Assembly: GCA_030167865.1 (NCBI GenBank)
Contig: JALAGF010001848.1
Coordinates: 1-64,000, forward strand
Direction of reading: 5' to 3'
DNA from: Craspedostauros australis
Lineage: Eukaryota
DNA length: 64,000 nt
The notes beneath the pieces were generated by a model. That model searched no databases, was not told where the DNA came from, and saw only the letters and a program-made list of their open reading frames with translations. The first letter of the stretch is position 1; every line of letters starts with the position of its first letter. Below, one piece after another: positions 45,817-58,663 of the stretch. The position numbers and the translations under genes were made by a program.

Positions 45817-48240
45817 GAAGAGGAGCTTACAGATTACGAATAGTTTCGAATATTGCATTCAATAACACAAGACTGGCATGTGCTCGTATGCTGGCACCGC
45901 TTGTACTACGAGTGGAGTCTGCGTTTGGCGTGGCACAGTGAGGACGATGCAACGGATAAAGCACAACTGCACCAAACGTACTCCAGTACAGTTTGGTCTG
46001 CGAAGGGGGCGCTTCACTTCCGCATGTTCTATCTGTGCCTTTTCCATTGTCAAGTTGAGGAGACGACTCATGTTGGTGTACTCTACTCGCACTTGCACGG
46101 ATGTGTTCCAGATACACCTTCGCATTTCACATCGACGTTGTGCAGGCAGACATTCTTCCACCTATCCAATCCATTCGTTTATCCATCTTCCTAGTATGTT
46201 CCATCCTGCATCATGAAGAGTTTCACCGTCAGTAGCAATTCGGCCCCGAGGCTGCGAGAATGAACATGATAGTATGGAAAATCCTTGGAGTATCAGACGA
46301 AGGTATCGTATTCACACCGGGCCATGGCCGAGAGTGGGCTGAGCCCGTTCGTTACATCGAATACGGGAACGATGGCAACATTAGGTGCGCGGAACCTTCA
46401 TGCTCTTAGATCGATGGATGTGAGGACCTATCGCGCAAGTGTCTTGTCGTGCGTTGTCAGGTGCGTGCAGAGCGAAGGAACCGAGTCGAAATAGGCAGCG
46501 CAAGCATGGAGAAGAGTTGCTTTCAATACAACCGCCCATAGTAGCACCAGGACCCAGTTCGAATGGATGGGCTGGATGCTTTTGGGCACAGGTCTCTCAC
46601 ACAGACCCCTTGCTCGTATCACTCAGGCCCGTGGCCATTGTTTTTCCACCATTTCACCACACCACTATGACTCCACCTGCGAATGATCTATCTCGAGCGA
46701 CCACTCGACTTCGGATCGACTCTCTCCCTTCCATTCTGTGCCAGATTCTTCACCAATGCACGGTGGGAATCTGCCAGTGTACCATACTCGTATTGAGAAA
46801 GAAGGATTGCCTTGGCGTTGTCATTCTCGCTTTCCACTCTTCGCACGTGAATTTGACTGCAGAGAGAGCCCCCTTCTTCGTTGAGTCGATGGGTCAGTTC
46901 GTTGGTTGGTTGGTTGGCTCGTTGAAACCCCGGTGGTACTTCGACCAAACTTCAAGAGCGGATCCCTGCTCCGCAGTCGTCTGTGCCATACATAGCCAAC
47001 GTGCGCTGCCGCCGCTGCCGCTGCCCATGACAACACGAAGAGATGGGGCGTTGGGTGTTGGACAGATGCCACAAATTAGAGTGTCTCACTTCTATCCAGC
47101 TTGTTCGCAGCGTCCTCGTATCCTCGTTGCATCTATGCACAGCAACGTAATTGCATCTCATTGCGAGTGCACGTACGTATGCTGCTGCTGATCAATGCAC
47201 ATGTGTTCGTCTCATCTCATCACCAGCCATCACTGACCATCACCGTCGACAACCAGTGGCGTGATCGTGTTGCTGTACGAGTGCGTATCGATGCGTGCAG
47301 AAACACCGAAATCGTGAAACACCTCCGATTTGCGACATCAACATGTTTCGTGAATCAAGTCGGCATTCAATGGCACTCGTGATTGGAATACCCATTGTAC
47401 TTACATAGTGCTTACTAGCAACCAACAATGGCGCCAACAAATTCAGACGTGTGGGAATCTTCGATCGTGTGCTGAGCTCCACATGAGTGAAGAGACAACG
47501 AATCGTGTTTGGAGAGTTCGTACGATTTCTCGCCAGAATTGTGTCTCGTAAGAACGGTGAGATGGAGGCTTGCACGTTGGAGCGAACGGACGATGGCAGT
47601 CGACAAAAGTTGCGACGTTGGCGACCATGACAACCCAAAGAGAAGCGAGACAGATGGCGACGGCGGTGAAGGTCGAGGATGGTCTGAACGAGGATGCACA
47701 CGGATGCCCACTCAAGTCTGCGAAAGAAGCAAAGAAAGCAATCCAGCCCTGGACGACCATTCGCCTTGATCGCGCGGGGAATGGGGTTTCCTTGATTGAT
47801 TGGTTGGTTCGTGAGATGATTCCAATGGGACTTGGAAAATAGTAGGAGCAGGGCACAGCCGCGCTGGTTCGTCCTCAGATTGATCACAACTAATCAAGAT
47901 ACGTTGTTGTCCAAGACACCACTCGCAGTCAACATGGAAAACCGAAGTGTGTGATGTGTGTTGCGTGCTAATCGCATTGAGTAGATCATTAGCCATTCGC
48001 TACGAACGCCGGGTCTAATGTAGACAATAGTCGAGAATCGAAATTTGCTGCGACCTCCAGGAGGAGAGATTCTGTCTCGCTTCAGAGGTATAACAGCTGC
48101 CCTCCTCGTATTCGTTGCACAGGTAGCATGTGGAGTGCTAATTTGCAAGTCATCCAACCCACTCTCTTCTCTTTGCTTGCAAAGATTGCCTCAACGAGAC
48201 TCGCCAGGCACGCAGCATCTGCCGCCCACCATGCCCAGGA

Positions 48241-50697
48241 TCACTCCTCGTCATCGTAAAGGACGTTGACGTCGGGGTATACCGTTTCGAATGAACCCGA
48301 TGGCATGCGGACGCGGTGGTACACTTCGGACCCCAGCACCAAGAGAATCAAGCATAGGAGGTGCAGGCCATCGATGGCCGGACCGTATTTGTAATCCGGC
48401 GTGTGCATATCGTACGTGTACAAGCAAAGGACGGAGACGATCACTGCTGCCGAGATTCCTCTGTACAGCAACTTCACGGCCCCTGCATTCACGAGCTTGT
48501 CGACGGCAACTCCCACTGACGTTACCGACAGCGCATACCATATCACCAGTAAGATGATGAATGAACAGTTGGCCTCTTCCTTGTACAGCTCATCATTGAC
48601 GTCGATGCCATCGTCATCGCCACCATCTGTGCTGGCAGCGGCGACATCATTCGCCGCGCTGACAGCAGCGCTGGCGATGGTGGTTGTGACGTTGTGGGCA
48701 GTTTGTCGTAGGAAGCAATCCATCCCTTCTGCAACATTTTGGCTGTACTCCATGGCGGGGTACAGCGTCTCCCAGCCCTTTCCGGCTCCCAGCCCCTGCA
48801 ATGGAAATGCCATCGGCGCAATCAGCGACGCAAAGATGAATTGCAAGAGCGAGAGGATGAAATTGAGGTTTGCGGGCTGGACTGGTTGCTTGTGACGGAG
48901 GAAGGTGCGCTCTTTGTAGAGCTGCGAAGCCGCAGCTGGAATGCAGCTCAGAACGAAGAGTATCGTGTTCCATGACGTCCTCATAGGGATGGCATCCGCA
49001 TAGACGAAGAATTCGGGATCCGCGAGAGAATATATGGCTGGGCATAAAGCCAGCAAAACCGCAAGGCACAAGATGACGGATCCGATCACGTGTTCTGTTG
49101 CAAGACGCGGTGCGCTGCTGTGGCTGAGGAGAATCGTCTCGTCCACATAGCGATGTGATTGGTGTTGGAATTGCGGTTGCTGTGATTGCTGTGGCATCTG
49201 TCGTTGGGGAGCCGTGTTTGAGTTGCCCCACATATCATCGTACTCCGAGTCACCTCCAACCCCAGCAAATGCCCCAGATCCTTGTTGATCGTCTTGCTCG
49301 CGGTCGTAGCCATGCGCATCCGTGCCGGATGCCATCGTTTCAGATTGAATCATGAGCATCTGCTCCTCGTCGGATACATCTGGGATGACTGGATAGACGT
49401 AATGCTCCAGGAACACCGAGAGCGGCAAGACGAACTGGGCCAGGATAACAGTGAGAGTGGGCGGGACGTGTATGCCGCTGAGGAACACCATCAGGATATG
49501 GACCGTGTCCAGCAGCGCCATTACTGAAGTCGCATTGTCGGTGATTGCGAGGGGGCGGCACATCATGAAATCGGAAATTGGAGCATCAGAGTACTCGTGG
49601 TCGAGTAGCATCCGTCAGGTGTCGAATGATCGAAGTTGCACCGTCAGGTTTGGTTTGGATGCACGCCACCGAAGAGGGAAGGAGACGAAAGGAAGGAGGA
49701 TAGCGGCGGTGGTTGAGGAATTCAAGTGTATTCAAGTTTCTTCAAGTGTGGAAGCCCAAAGAGAGCGAAGGAATGAACGAAAATGAATTTGTAATGTACG
49801 AGTATTGTATTCAACGGAACTCAAGACAAGTCAGGCCAAGTCAAGTCACACGATGCTGTACAACTCACATCCAACGTCCATGACCGGGATTCCCAGGGGC
49901 TGGAAGGGACTCTCCTTGCGAATGATGCTCGATACGATGATCTGCACCGCGAGCAGGAGAGCGTGGAAGAACGGCACCATCTGTGCGGCCAGCAAGCGGT
50001 AGGGACCAGACCAATCCACGAGGACCTTGAACGAGGACCGCTCGGACGTGTACGATGTGGATAGGGCGATGAACCAAAACCACACGATGATGCGATGTCG
50101 CCGCTGCTGCGGACCGGAGACCTGCGGCGAATCCCACAAATTGTCGACGTCCGCGATGAGCAGGAAGAATCGCTTGACTGTGCCGCAACATCGCAAGAAG
50201 GTCGTTGGCCGCCTCTGGGCATGAGCGTCCAGGCTTCCATCGCTGTCCGAATCAGAAGAGGAAGATCCCACGGAACTTCCATCGAACGAGGCGTTCTGAT
50301 CACTGTCCTGATCGATGTCTTCACCGGCCTTCACATTTGCATCCTCACGTGCATCACTGGCAGTTGTGAATTTCTGCAATCCAGCGATTGACTTGTAGTT
50401 GTGCGTCTGCGTCTGCGTCTGCGTCTGCGTTCGTGTTTGCGTTCGTGCGTCGTTTTGAGCTGCATACGCAGGAGTCCCATTGGCAATTGCGCCAAGCAGA
50501 CTGGTCCTCTCCCCCGCGGACTCCTCACCGAAGCCTCGACCAAATTCACCCTGACGAGAGGTCGAGGCATCCCCCGAAAGGGAGCGTCCTTCACCCTCGT
50601 TGGTGGCCGGTGCCGCTTGTTGCGAGGCCGATTCAAAAGCGTTCTGGTGGTCCGTTTCAGCAGCATCAGCAGCCTTCTGCATCTCCCTTCGCAACAT
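48241..50697 (-). CDS. CRT-like (chloroquine-resistance-transporter / DMT superfamily) membrane transporter; 2 exons, ~703 aa
   Basis: Exons 50697-49869 and 49523-48241 join as DVGL|MALLDTVH. About 10 hydrophobic segments. Family-like motifs LMALLD, VPPTLTVILAQFVLP, LFVLSCIPAAASQLYKE, LNFILSLLQF, and a Cys-containing loop (GMDCF...NCS). Confidence 0.75.
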
Positions 50698-51605
50698 GGT
50701 GCTTGCGTGTCAACCAACGGACCTTTGTTGTTCTGTGCGATTCTTGCTCTGCTCTGCTATGTTGTGTTATGTTTCGTTCTTTTGATTTGATTTGATTTGG
50801 TTTGGCTTGATTCGGTTGTGATGAGCGCACAGCGCGCCAAGCTGAGATCGCACTGTGTGAGATCGACGCGCAGATGATTGTTCTGGTGTGCGAGCAAGTA
50901 TGGAATCTTCGAGTGCTTGTGCTTGGGCTTCTCCTGTTATACTTCGCAATGATTACGACAAGGATGGCCAAGTAGGTATGGAGGCTGGGGCACCAGAGAT
51001 ACGACTGCACAATGGGAGTGTGCGTGTGTTGCTTTCTTGTGACAACAACACGCAAACAGGTCACACAACCACAAATCGCCAGTCGTGCTGTTTCTCCAGA
51101 GTTGTCAACGTTTCCACAGATTCGTCACTGTGACCCCTAGCCTTCCAACGAATGTAGTTGTTGCGACAAGTTCATGGAGACAAGCACACCACAATGAAAG
51201 ATACGATCGAGCTTGCATCACAACATACATAAGGGACAATCAGTGTACAGGCCAAAGCATCCAGAGAGCGCTCCACCTCCACTTCCAAAGCACGCGCACA
51301 GTGGTTGGTATGCATGAATAGGAGTGCGACTAAATTATTATAGATTAGAATGATATACAGTGTTGTGGGTACGAGGAGAGAAGCGTTGTTGGAACAAGTC
51401 TCCCAATGCTGTCGTGGTGGTGTGTTCGTGTATTCGTCGTGTCTTGGTATCGCGAGATGGGATCCAGTGGCTGAACAGAAACTGCGAGATGAGAGGCAGT
51501 CACTCTTTGGACACTGTCTCTGATGGTTCCACCTCCGCGTTTGGCAGAGCAGCGAATGAGTGAATGGAGTGCCTCGGCGAGTATGCATCGTGAGGTACGG
51601 TGCTA

Positions 51606-53556
51606 TTACCGCGAAAGCGTGTGCAGCGACGATTTTGCACCGATCACGAAGCTGGTGGAGATGCACAGGATGATGATCAAGATGGTGAACAACGTCGAGG
51701 GTCCGAAGAAGCCAACGACGTAGCCTGACATGATGGGGAATGTGATTCTGGCCAATGATCCCGCTGATGAAAACCATCCCATCAGGACGCCTTGTGGTCT
51801 TCTTCCGACGACTGTCATCGTGTTATCGTCATTGTTGTGGTGGTGGAGATGAGGATAATATAAAAAACAAGGTTGGATGATGATGGATGATTCAAGAAGG
51901 GTGAGCCTTTCGGATACTCGCACAAGAAGCGCAAATCTTGCAACAGCAAGCCGAGACAAGCCAACACAGTCCATGCCATGCCAAACTGTGTCTGTGCAAT
52001 GTGACGTACTTTTGGAGAAGAGACCGATGACGGCCGTGTGACCCACGGGGTATCCGACGGAGTAGATGCAACAGATGGCGAACCACCATCTCCAATCGGC
52101 GTTGTCGGCATCCTGCTGCAGCATGTGCAGACTGCCGATGCCGGCGGCCATGACGAGCATGCCTCCGCAGATGAGTTGGACGTCGCTGAATTGTCTTGAT
52201 AGGTGTCCCATGGAGAGCAAAACGACGACTCCGAGCGAGCCGCAGGTGCCGACGACCAGTCCCGCTTTGGTGGGCGACATGCCAAAGCTGGACATGGCCA
52301 GGGAGATGCCCAGCGTCTCGAAACTGCTGATGGATCCCTTCGTGCTAATATTGAGCAACATGCAGCCCAGGATGCAGCAATCGTACATGGAGAGACCAAT
52401 GGACGTCATTGCATTGCCATAATCTTCGATCATGGCACGTCTGGCCGAAATCTTCTTGCTCTTTTGCATCCTCTGACGATCTCTGAAGAATGTTTGCAGC
52501 ATGATCATGACGCACACGATGCACAGTGTAAGGAAGTAGGCTGGTGCTGTGAACATGTTCAGCCGGAAGATTCTGCATGTCGTCGAATTCAATGCAGCAG
52601 AAATTGAATTGTATTGAATACAATAAGAGTATGCCAATGGCAACGGCAATGGCAATGACGGTTGGGAAAGGAAGAGGAACAACGTTAGAGTGGATTGAGC
52701 GACGCAGATGGAACAAGGGATGTCAGATGAGACGATGGCTGCATGGATGCAGGATCGCATATGCTATCTGGACAAGGCAAAATAACCCAATGGAAGCAAC
52801 AATCGCGCAGCTTCGCGTCACATCACATCGCTGTACTCACCCGAACTTGTACTCCTTGTTGAGGAAGATGCTGTTGAACAACGCCCCGATGAATGGCGTG
52901 ACCGTGAAGCCAGCGTACTGCACGGCTGTGATCCAAGCAATGTAGGTAGTGCGGTTTCTCTGCGCCGTGACCTCTGCCACAAAGGCACGCGAAACGCCGA
53001 GCGTTCCGGAACCAATTCCCAGCAAGGTCTGCGCGACGACGAGGAATTCTATCCTCCCCACGTTTTGACATTGCCCATAGGCCAAGGATCCGATGAGAAG
53101 GCAGGCCGTTGCAAACATCAGCGTCTTGCTGTAGCCGTAGGTGACGCTCCAGTGGCCGTAGATTGGACTGACGAGGATGCGGCCAAGGGAGAAGGCAGCG
53201 ACGCAGTATCCCAATGAAATCGTCGTACCACCCACGGCGGCCACTAGCGGCCACAAAGATGGGAAGAAGATGCCGCGAGACATATCCCCTACCAGGATGA
53301 TCAAGCAGACGACGGTGAAGCCCGTCGTGTCGTGGATGCCGTCCGCCGTCATGACGGAACTGACGATAGATTCTGCCATCGACATGTTCTCAAAGTTCTC
53401 TATGCCGTCTGATTCATTGTCCCCCGGCTGACCGCCTGTCTCCATGGCGTAGTATGGTGTCGGTTCGGGCTCGTCGATCATCATGTGTCCCTCGCTCATG
53501 GCATCAGGGTCCGGGCGCCGCGGCTCATCTCCCGGCGGGGAAGTTGGTGAGGCCAT
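51606..53556 (-). CDS. Major facilitator superfamily transporter (MFSD8/CLN7-like); 3 exons, ~494 aa
   Basis: Exons 53556-52841, 52572-52010 and 51811-51606, phase-compatible. About 12 TM segments. Motifs IFFPSLWP, AAFSLGRILVSPIYGHWS, LLGIGSG, GFTVTPFIG, LFSKIVG.RPQG..MGWFSSAGSLARITFP. Confidence 0.88.
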
Positions 53557-55433
53557 TTTGGATAAGAGGGTAGGCTGCCTATCTTCCGACCGGTTCAAGG
53601 TCAGCTGTCAGCTTTCGTTTCGTGGAGGAAGATAATGTCAACCTCGCGCTGTCTCAATTGCTTCAAATGATCAGAGCTTCGACGTGCTGAACTGACTGCT
53701 CTTGTTGACAAGTGTCACACAAATGTGGCTGCGAAGGTAATGAATTGCGTCAATGCCTGCTTGTCCGTTGCGGCTGTTAGGACGGAATTCCGTGCGTGAG
53801 GCGCAGTCCGTATAGCGCAATGGTTGGATGGTGTTTCTGAGGGTGTGCGTCGCAGAGTACTTGTTCTCGTGCTTGCACTTGCGTTTGTGAGTTGAGATTG
53901 TTTGCCTGTGTTCCGATTGTGAGTGCAAAAGTGCGATGGCTTTCTTCTGCCGAATTGTTTCAAGATCCCTTCGCCGGCAGTCAGCGAGAGACGGAGAGAT
54001 ACAAGCGGTTGTGCGAAGACACGGAGACGGGGACGCGATGTTCAACTGCTGAAGAGTTCAGGAGGTTCTCAATGTTCCGTCGTTGCGATAGTTGTGGTTG
54101 CTCGCTGTTGTTGTGATCGACAATATGTCTGGTTGTGATCGACAATGTTTCTGGTTGGGATGGTCGATGGCGGATGGTGGGTGGAAGAGGTGGTGTTGTC
54201 TTTTCCGCTTCTGTAAATTCTTCAGTTGTTGGTCTTGCCTCCTGGTGACGACGGAGATGGCACCAATGCTGGCGTTGACGCCTCCAAGCACAGCGTGGTT
54301 GTTGCACGCTTCACGGGAACATTGGGACGAGCGTGGTCCAAAGAAGGATCCAACCATCAGATGTTCACGTAACTTTTCACCCCGACAAAACTGGCGACTA
54401 AAAGATGATTCTTAATTGCTGTAACATGACGACATCAGAATTCAATCCGTTGGGGTGACGGAGCGAAACTTCTGAAGAAACAAGCCTGGCGACCGTGCGT
54501 TTTGTTTCGGTTGAGCGTTTGAATTATATTCATGCTTGCATACTTTATTTGTACTGGTTGGCATTGCAGAAATCCAAATCAACAGAAAAAATGAAGGGGC
54601 GACGACTTTGCACCCCCACTTTTTGGCTGTTGTTCTTCAGTCGACGAAATTCACCTCCCACTTTCGTTGGCCGAAAGTTGTCGTGATTGTACGGTGCTCC
54701 TGCGTACTGACATGAGCTCCCACAAGAGCAAATTGTCTCTTTACGACCAACCATGGCCAAAAAATTGGGCGATTGAAGTTGCAAAATCAGACATTCGGAC
54801 TTTCGATCCGAACGCCAGAGGAGTGGGAACATCTTTTTGTTACGGATTCTGGATCCTTCCAAGAATCCAACCTGCTGCATCTATGTGCACTTCTAGAGAT
54901 CGTACTGCCATTGTCTCATAATTCTTGCGACGAGTACTCGTGAGTAATTTGTTCTTGCAGTCCCGAAACAGAATTCAGTGAACTGACACGATAACGCCAG
55001 TACCATAGTTTAGGTACACATTTAGTCTTTATGTGAACCCTTGGTTTGCGAATGCGTTCAAAAATACCTAGCGTCAATTTATCGCCCATGATACAGGCGC
55101 CAAGCCCTGGTCGGAAAGGGATAGGACTGTATAATGCGACTCATATAATACTTTGCTCCACTCCGCTCTACTCTTCACTTATTTGAATCATGCTCAAGGA
55201 GTATGCAGGAGTGGCACGCATGTATGGTATTCTAGAATAGTATTCTATGATGCAGGGCAGAGTCGAGAAGAGGAGTATAATAGATGTCGTCGAATGCCAT
55301 TGAACGTGATTCCGAGTGCCTCCTCATGGTGCCAGGTATTCACTCACAACAACCTTCATCTATCGCTTGTCTGACTCCCCTGATCTCCGAGTACAAGCAT
55401 GCTCTGCATCGAGAAGCTGCATCTGCAATCGTT

Positions 55434-57612
55434 TCATTTGGCTGGCTCAGCGCCAAGCACGAAGAGATCATCCACGGCAAGCTTGCCTCCCTTGAAGCAT
55501 TCCTCGATGATCCCACGTTCCGGAGCATCCAGCTTCTGCAGGAAACGGACCATCTTCTGCGCTGTCGCCACTTCGGCATCGATTGCCTGAATGGAGATGC
55601 TGGTGGCATCGGCCATATCGCTGAACGCCTTCGTTTGCTTTGTGTTCAATGATGATTCAAGTTGCTGTATTTCGCGTTGCTGGCGCTGTCTTGTTTCGTC
55701 CTCGGCTTGGATCTGCCGTTTGATGTCGGCAATCGATTCATCCAGCTTCTGACGGCTTGCGTCGCATTCCTTCGCGAAGTCTTGGCGTTGTCGGTTCACC
55801 GCCTCGTGTTCACGGTCCAGCTGGGCCAAAGAGGATACCACAGCTTCGCGCTCACGCTCGAGCTGCTCCTTGCGTGCGTGGAAGTCGGATTGCTGTGCTT
55901 GCGTGGCCTGGTTGATCTCTTCCACGGCCGACGACAGCTGCTTCTCTCGCACGAGATGCTTCTGCATCTCAGCCTTCGAAGCTTCGACGATTGCTGCCTG
56001 AGTGTCATTCTGTTGCTTCGCTTCCTCCAGACACTCCGACGTTTGTCGCTCAGCTCGAAGGAGCGTTCGCGCCTCCTCCTCGACCTTCTCGCAAACCGCT
56101 CGCTCGGCTTCTTTCGCCTCAATCTCCTGTCGCAGCAGGTCCGTCGAGTTGATTCTGTCCTGGAAGTCTTGCCCAATCTTCTTGCATTTCATGACCAATT
56201 CTTCGGCGTGGTCGCAGTCGGCGAGCAATCGTCGGAGGTTGGATCGGTACTGATCAAGGCCAGCCTTGCCTGCTTGTTCAGTTGCGAGGGACGCGTCTCT
56301 GCGGCTGCTGGCTTCGTCGAGTGCGGCCTGCGTCTTCGATGCTTGGCGGACATTTTCATCTTTGGCTTCATCCCAGTGAGCTCTCTGCGCCAAATGCAAT
56401 GAATATGGAAAAAGTGTAGAGAGTAGGGTGCCATCAAGGTGGAATGTGTTATGTTGAGTTGGATGTGCGTCGAGTGTGTCGTGAAGATGGTATGTTGTCA
56501 TGCATCTCAGAGAGGTGTTGGGAAGCGACATGCCCACGATGGCAGGAAACGTGCAGCAAAGCCAAACCAAACCAAGTGGAGTGGCATGAAGTACCGTGAA
56601 GATCATGAGATGCTGCTACATTGCTGCACTCCGAGGCACAACCATGCAGAACACAAAACCAGGCACGCGCACAACTTACCAACCGCGAGAGCTCGGCTTC
56701 GCATGCCACCGCACGTTGCTTGGCCTGTTCCATGCTAGCTTCCGAAGCCTTGGATCGTCGGATCTCCTTGCGAATCTGTTCGACCTGATCGGTTAGATGC
56801 GTCCGCAGATCGCGTTTGGTTCCACACAGGTTGTCCTGTTGCATGCGATTCAGGATACCACGGAGGCCGTCCTCCATCTCCTGATCCTGGCGTCTCGACT
56901 TTTGAATTTCCTCTGTGAGCGTGATGATGGATGCCTTCAACTTGTCCAGTTCTTGGCGCATCTCCGCCTTGGAGTTTCTGCGTGCCTTGATGTGGTTGGA
57001 GCGGCAAGGTTCATCATCGAGGAAGGGCTGTGTCGAAGCCACGTCGTTGCTACGAGAACTGGGCGAGCTTGCCATTGTTTCTTGCTGCTCAGCGGCTGGG
57101 CCTCGACTAGTGGGAGATGGGTCATGTGCGAGAGTCGCAGGATTGCGGGCGGCCAAGACGTCGTCTTGAAGAGACTGCTGAAAGCGGACGGTGAATACCT
57201 TGTGCACGTTCGTCGTTTCCAACGCCGCGCTCGACTGCTGGCAGATATCCCGCAGTTCTCGCTTGGCGTGGACGAGATCCGCGCGGAGCAACGATTCCTG
57301 CTTGGTTTCTTGCTGGAATGCCGTCTGGCCATCCTTGAGCCGCTGATCCAGCTCCGCGATCTCCGCTCGAATGCTGTGGCGCAATTCATCGTGGACGTTC
57401 ACGGAAGTGCCAAAGTCGAGCAAGAAAGGGTCCACGAAGGCGGATTCGCTTGATGATCGAGGAGCTGGTTCTGATGCCGGCGCAGCTGCTGTTGCGGATG
57501 CTTGCTCACGTATGCGCGCGGAGGAAGATGCCGACGTGGAAATGGTGGTGGATCTTGGTGTTGGCTGGCCACGTCTTGGCGCCGATCCTTCGTTTTTCTT
57601 CCAACGGAACAT
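55434..57612 (-). CDS. Uncharacterised long coiled-coil protein; 2 exons, ~627 aa
   Basis: Exons 57612-56680 (donor GTAAGT) and 56384-55434 (acceptor CAG), phase 0. E/Q/R/A/L-rich heptad pattern over most of the length. No family recognised. Confidence 0.75.
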
Positions 57613-58663
57613 GGCTCCGTTTTGTTGGGTGTGCTTGGCGATGCGCTTGGCGATGTATGGACGTGTGGATGGGAAGTGCGCCTTCGTCGATGCGCGTGGA
57701 GGAGATTTCAGCAACGAAGCACGCGTTTGCTCAGAGTAGTTCGTTCCTTGCCGATTTTGTGCTTGTACTGTGGTCTTGTTGTGTATGGAAATTTGAGGAG
57801 CGCAGTGCTCTTGACCACGCACAGTGGCAGTGAAACGAAGCTGGCGTGTTGTGGTGCGCGCCACCTTTCCACAACGAAAGTGGAAGATACTCCTTTGCGT
57901 TCCTCCAGATTCAGATCTGCCCACAACACCCACATCCGCAGAACAGTCAACCAAGAATGACGGGAGTGGCGGCAAATCCAAGTTTGCGCGCCAACAATCG
58001 CAATTTTGTTCTCTTTCTTGAAATTTGACGCCGACAAGGGCGAACAACGAACAGGAGACGAAATCTCCCACGAACATTCGCCTTCCCTCCATTCCAGCGA
58101 ACGGCGCAGAGCAGAGAAGTTCGCAGCGTCAAGAGAGCACGGAGACGCTCCCAGTTGGTGTCCCACCATACAATCGCTGGGAAGCTATGAGCAACGAGGT
58201 CGGTCAGCATTCGGCAGAGCACACGAGGATCGAAAACGGCGTGGTCGTTAGTATTGTTTTCGGTGTTTTCTCGCATCCGCGAATTTGTGTACTACACTTC
58301 TTCCCCCCAAACAACGAGGCTTCTTCCTCGACCTCGACCTCGACCTCCTCATCTGACATGAGAAAGGGACCCAATGAGCGCTGCCATCAAGCGCCAATCA
58401 TGCCGCCCGTATCATCAGCGTTCATCACTGCTGCTTATGTGTTTGCCTGCATGCATGCATGCATACTGTCTGACTGGATGACTCAGTTGACACGCGGAAT
58501 GGTGCATCTGACAAGTGAGCAGTGCGGAGAAAAAAAAGAATGCAACTCCCCACTGCTCCATCTCGTGGTGCCCACGTATTCTGTGCCCCGGTTCTCATGC
58601 TTCGTCGTCACCTACTGCTGCCACTGCTGGGTATGCCCATTGGATGGCGCCACAATTCTGCGC

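Noticed and set aside
45817-48240. 2.4 kb between the convergent PPR and CRT-like genes, with several short ORFs (for example 46688-46948 and 47443-47856 on the minus strand)
   Set aside because: No recognisable domain, codon bias or consistent splice model. A small gene or lncRNA cannot be excluded without RNA-seq.
54360-55150. Somewhat AT-richer intergenic stretch, possible MITE or repeat remnant
   Set aside because: No terminal inverted repeats, target-site duplication or coding remnant could be identified.
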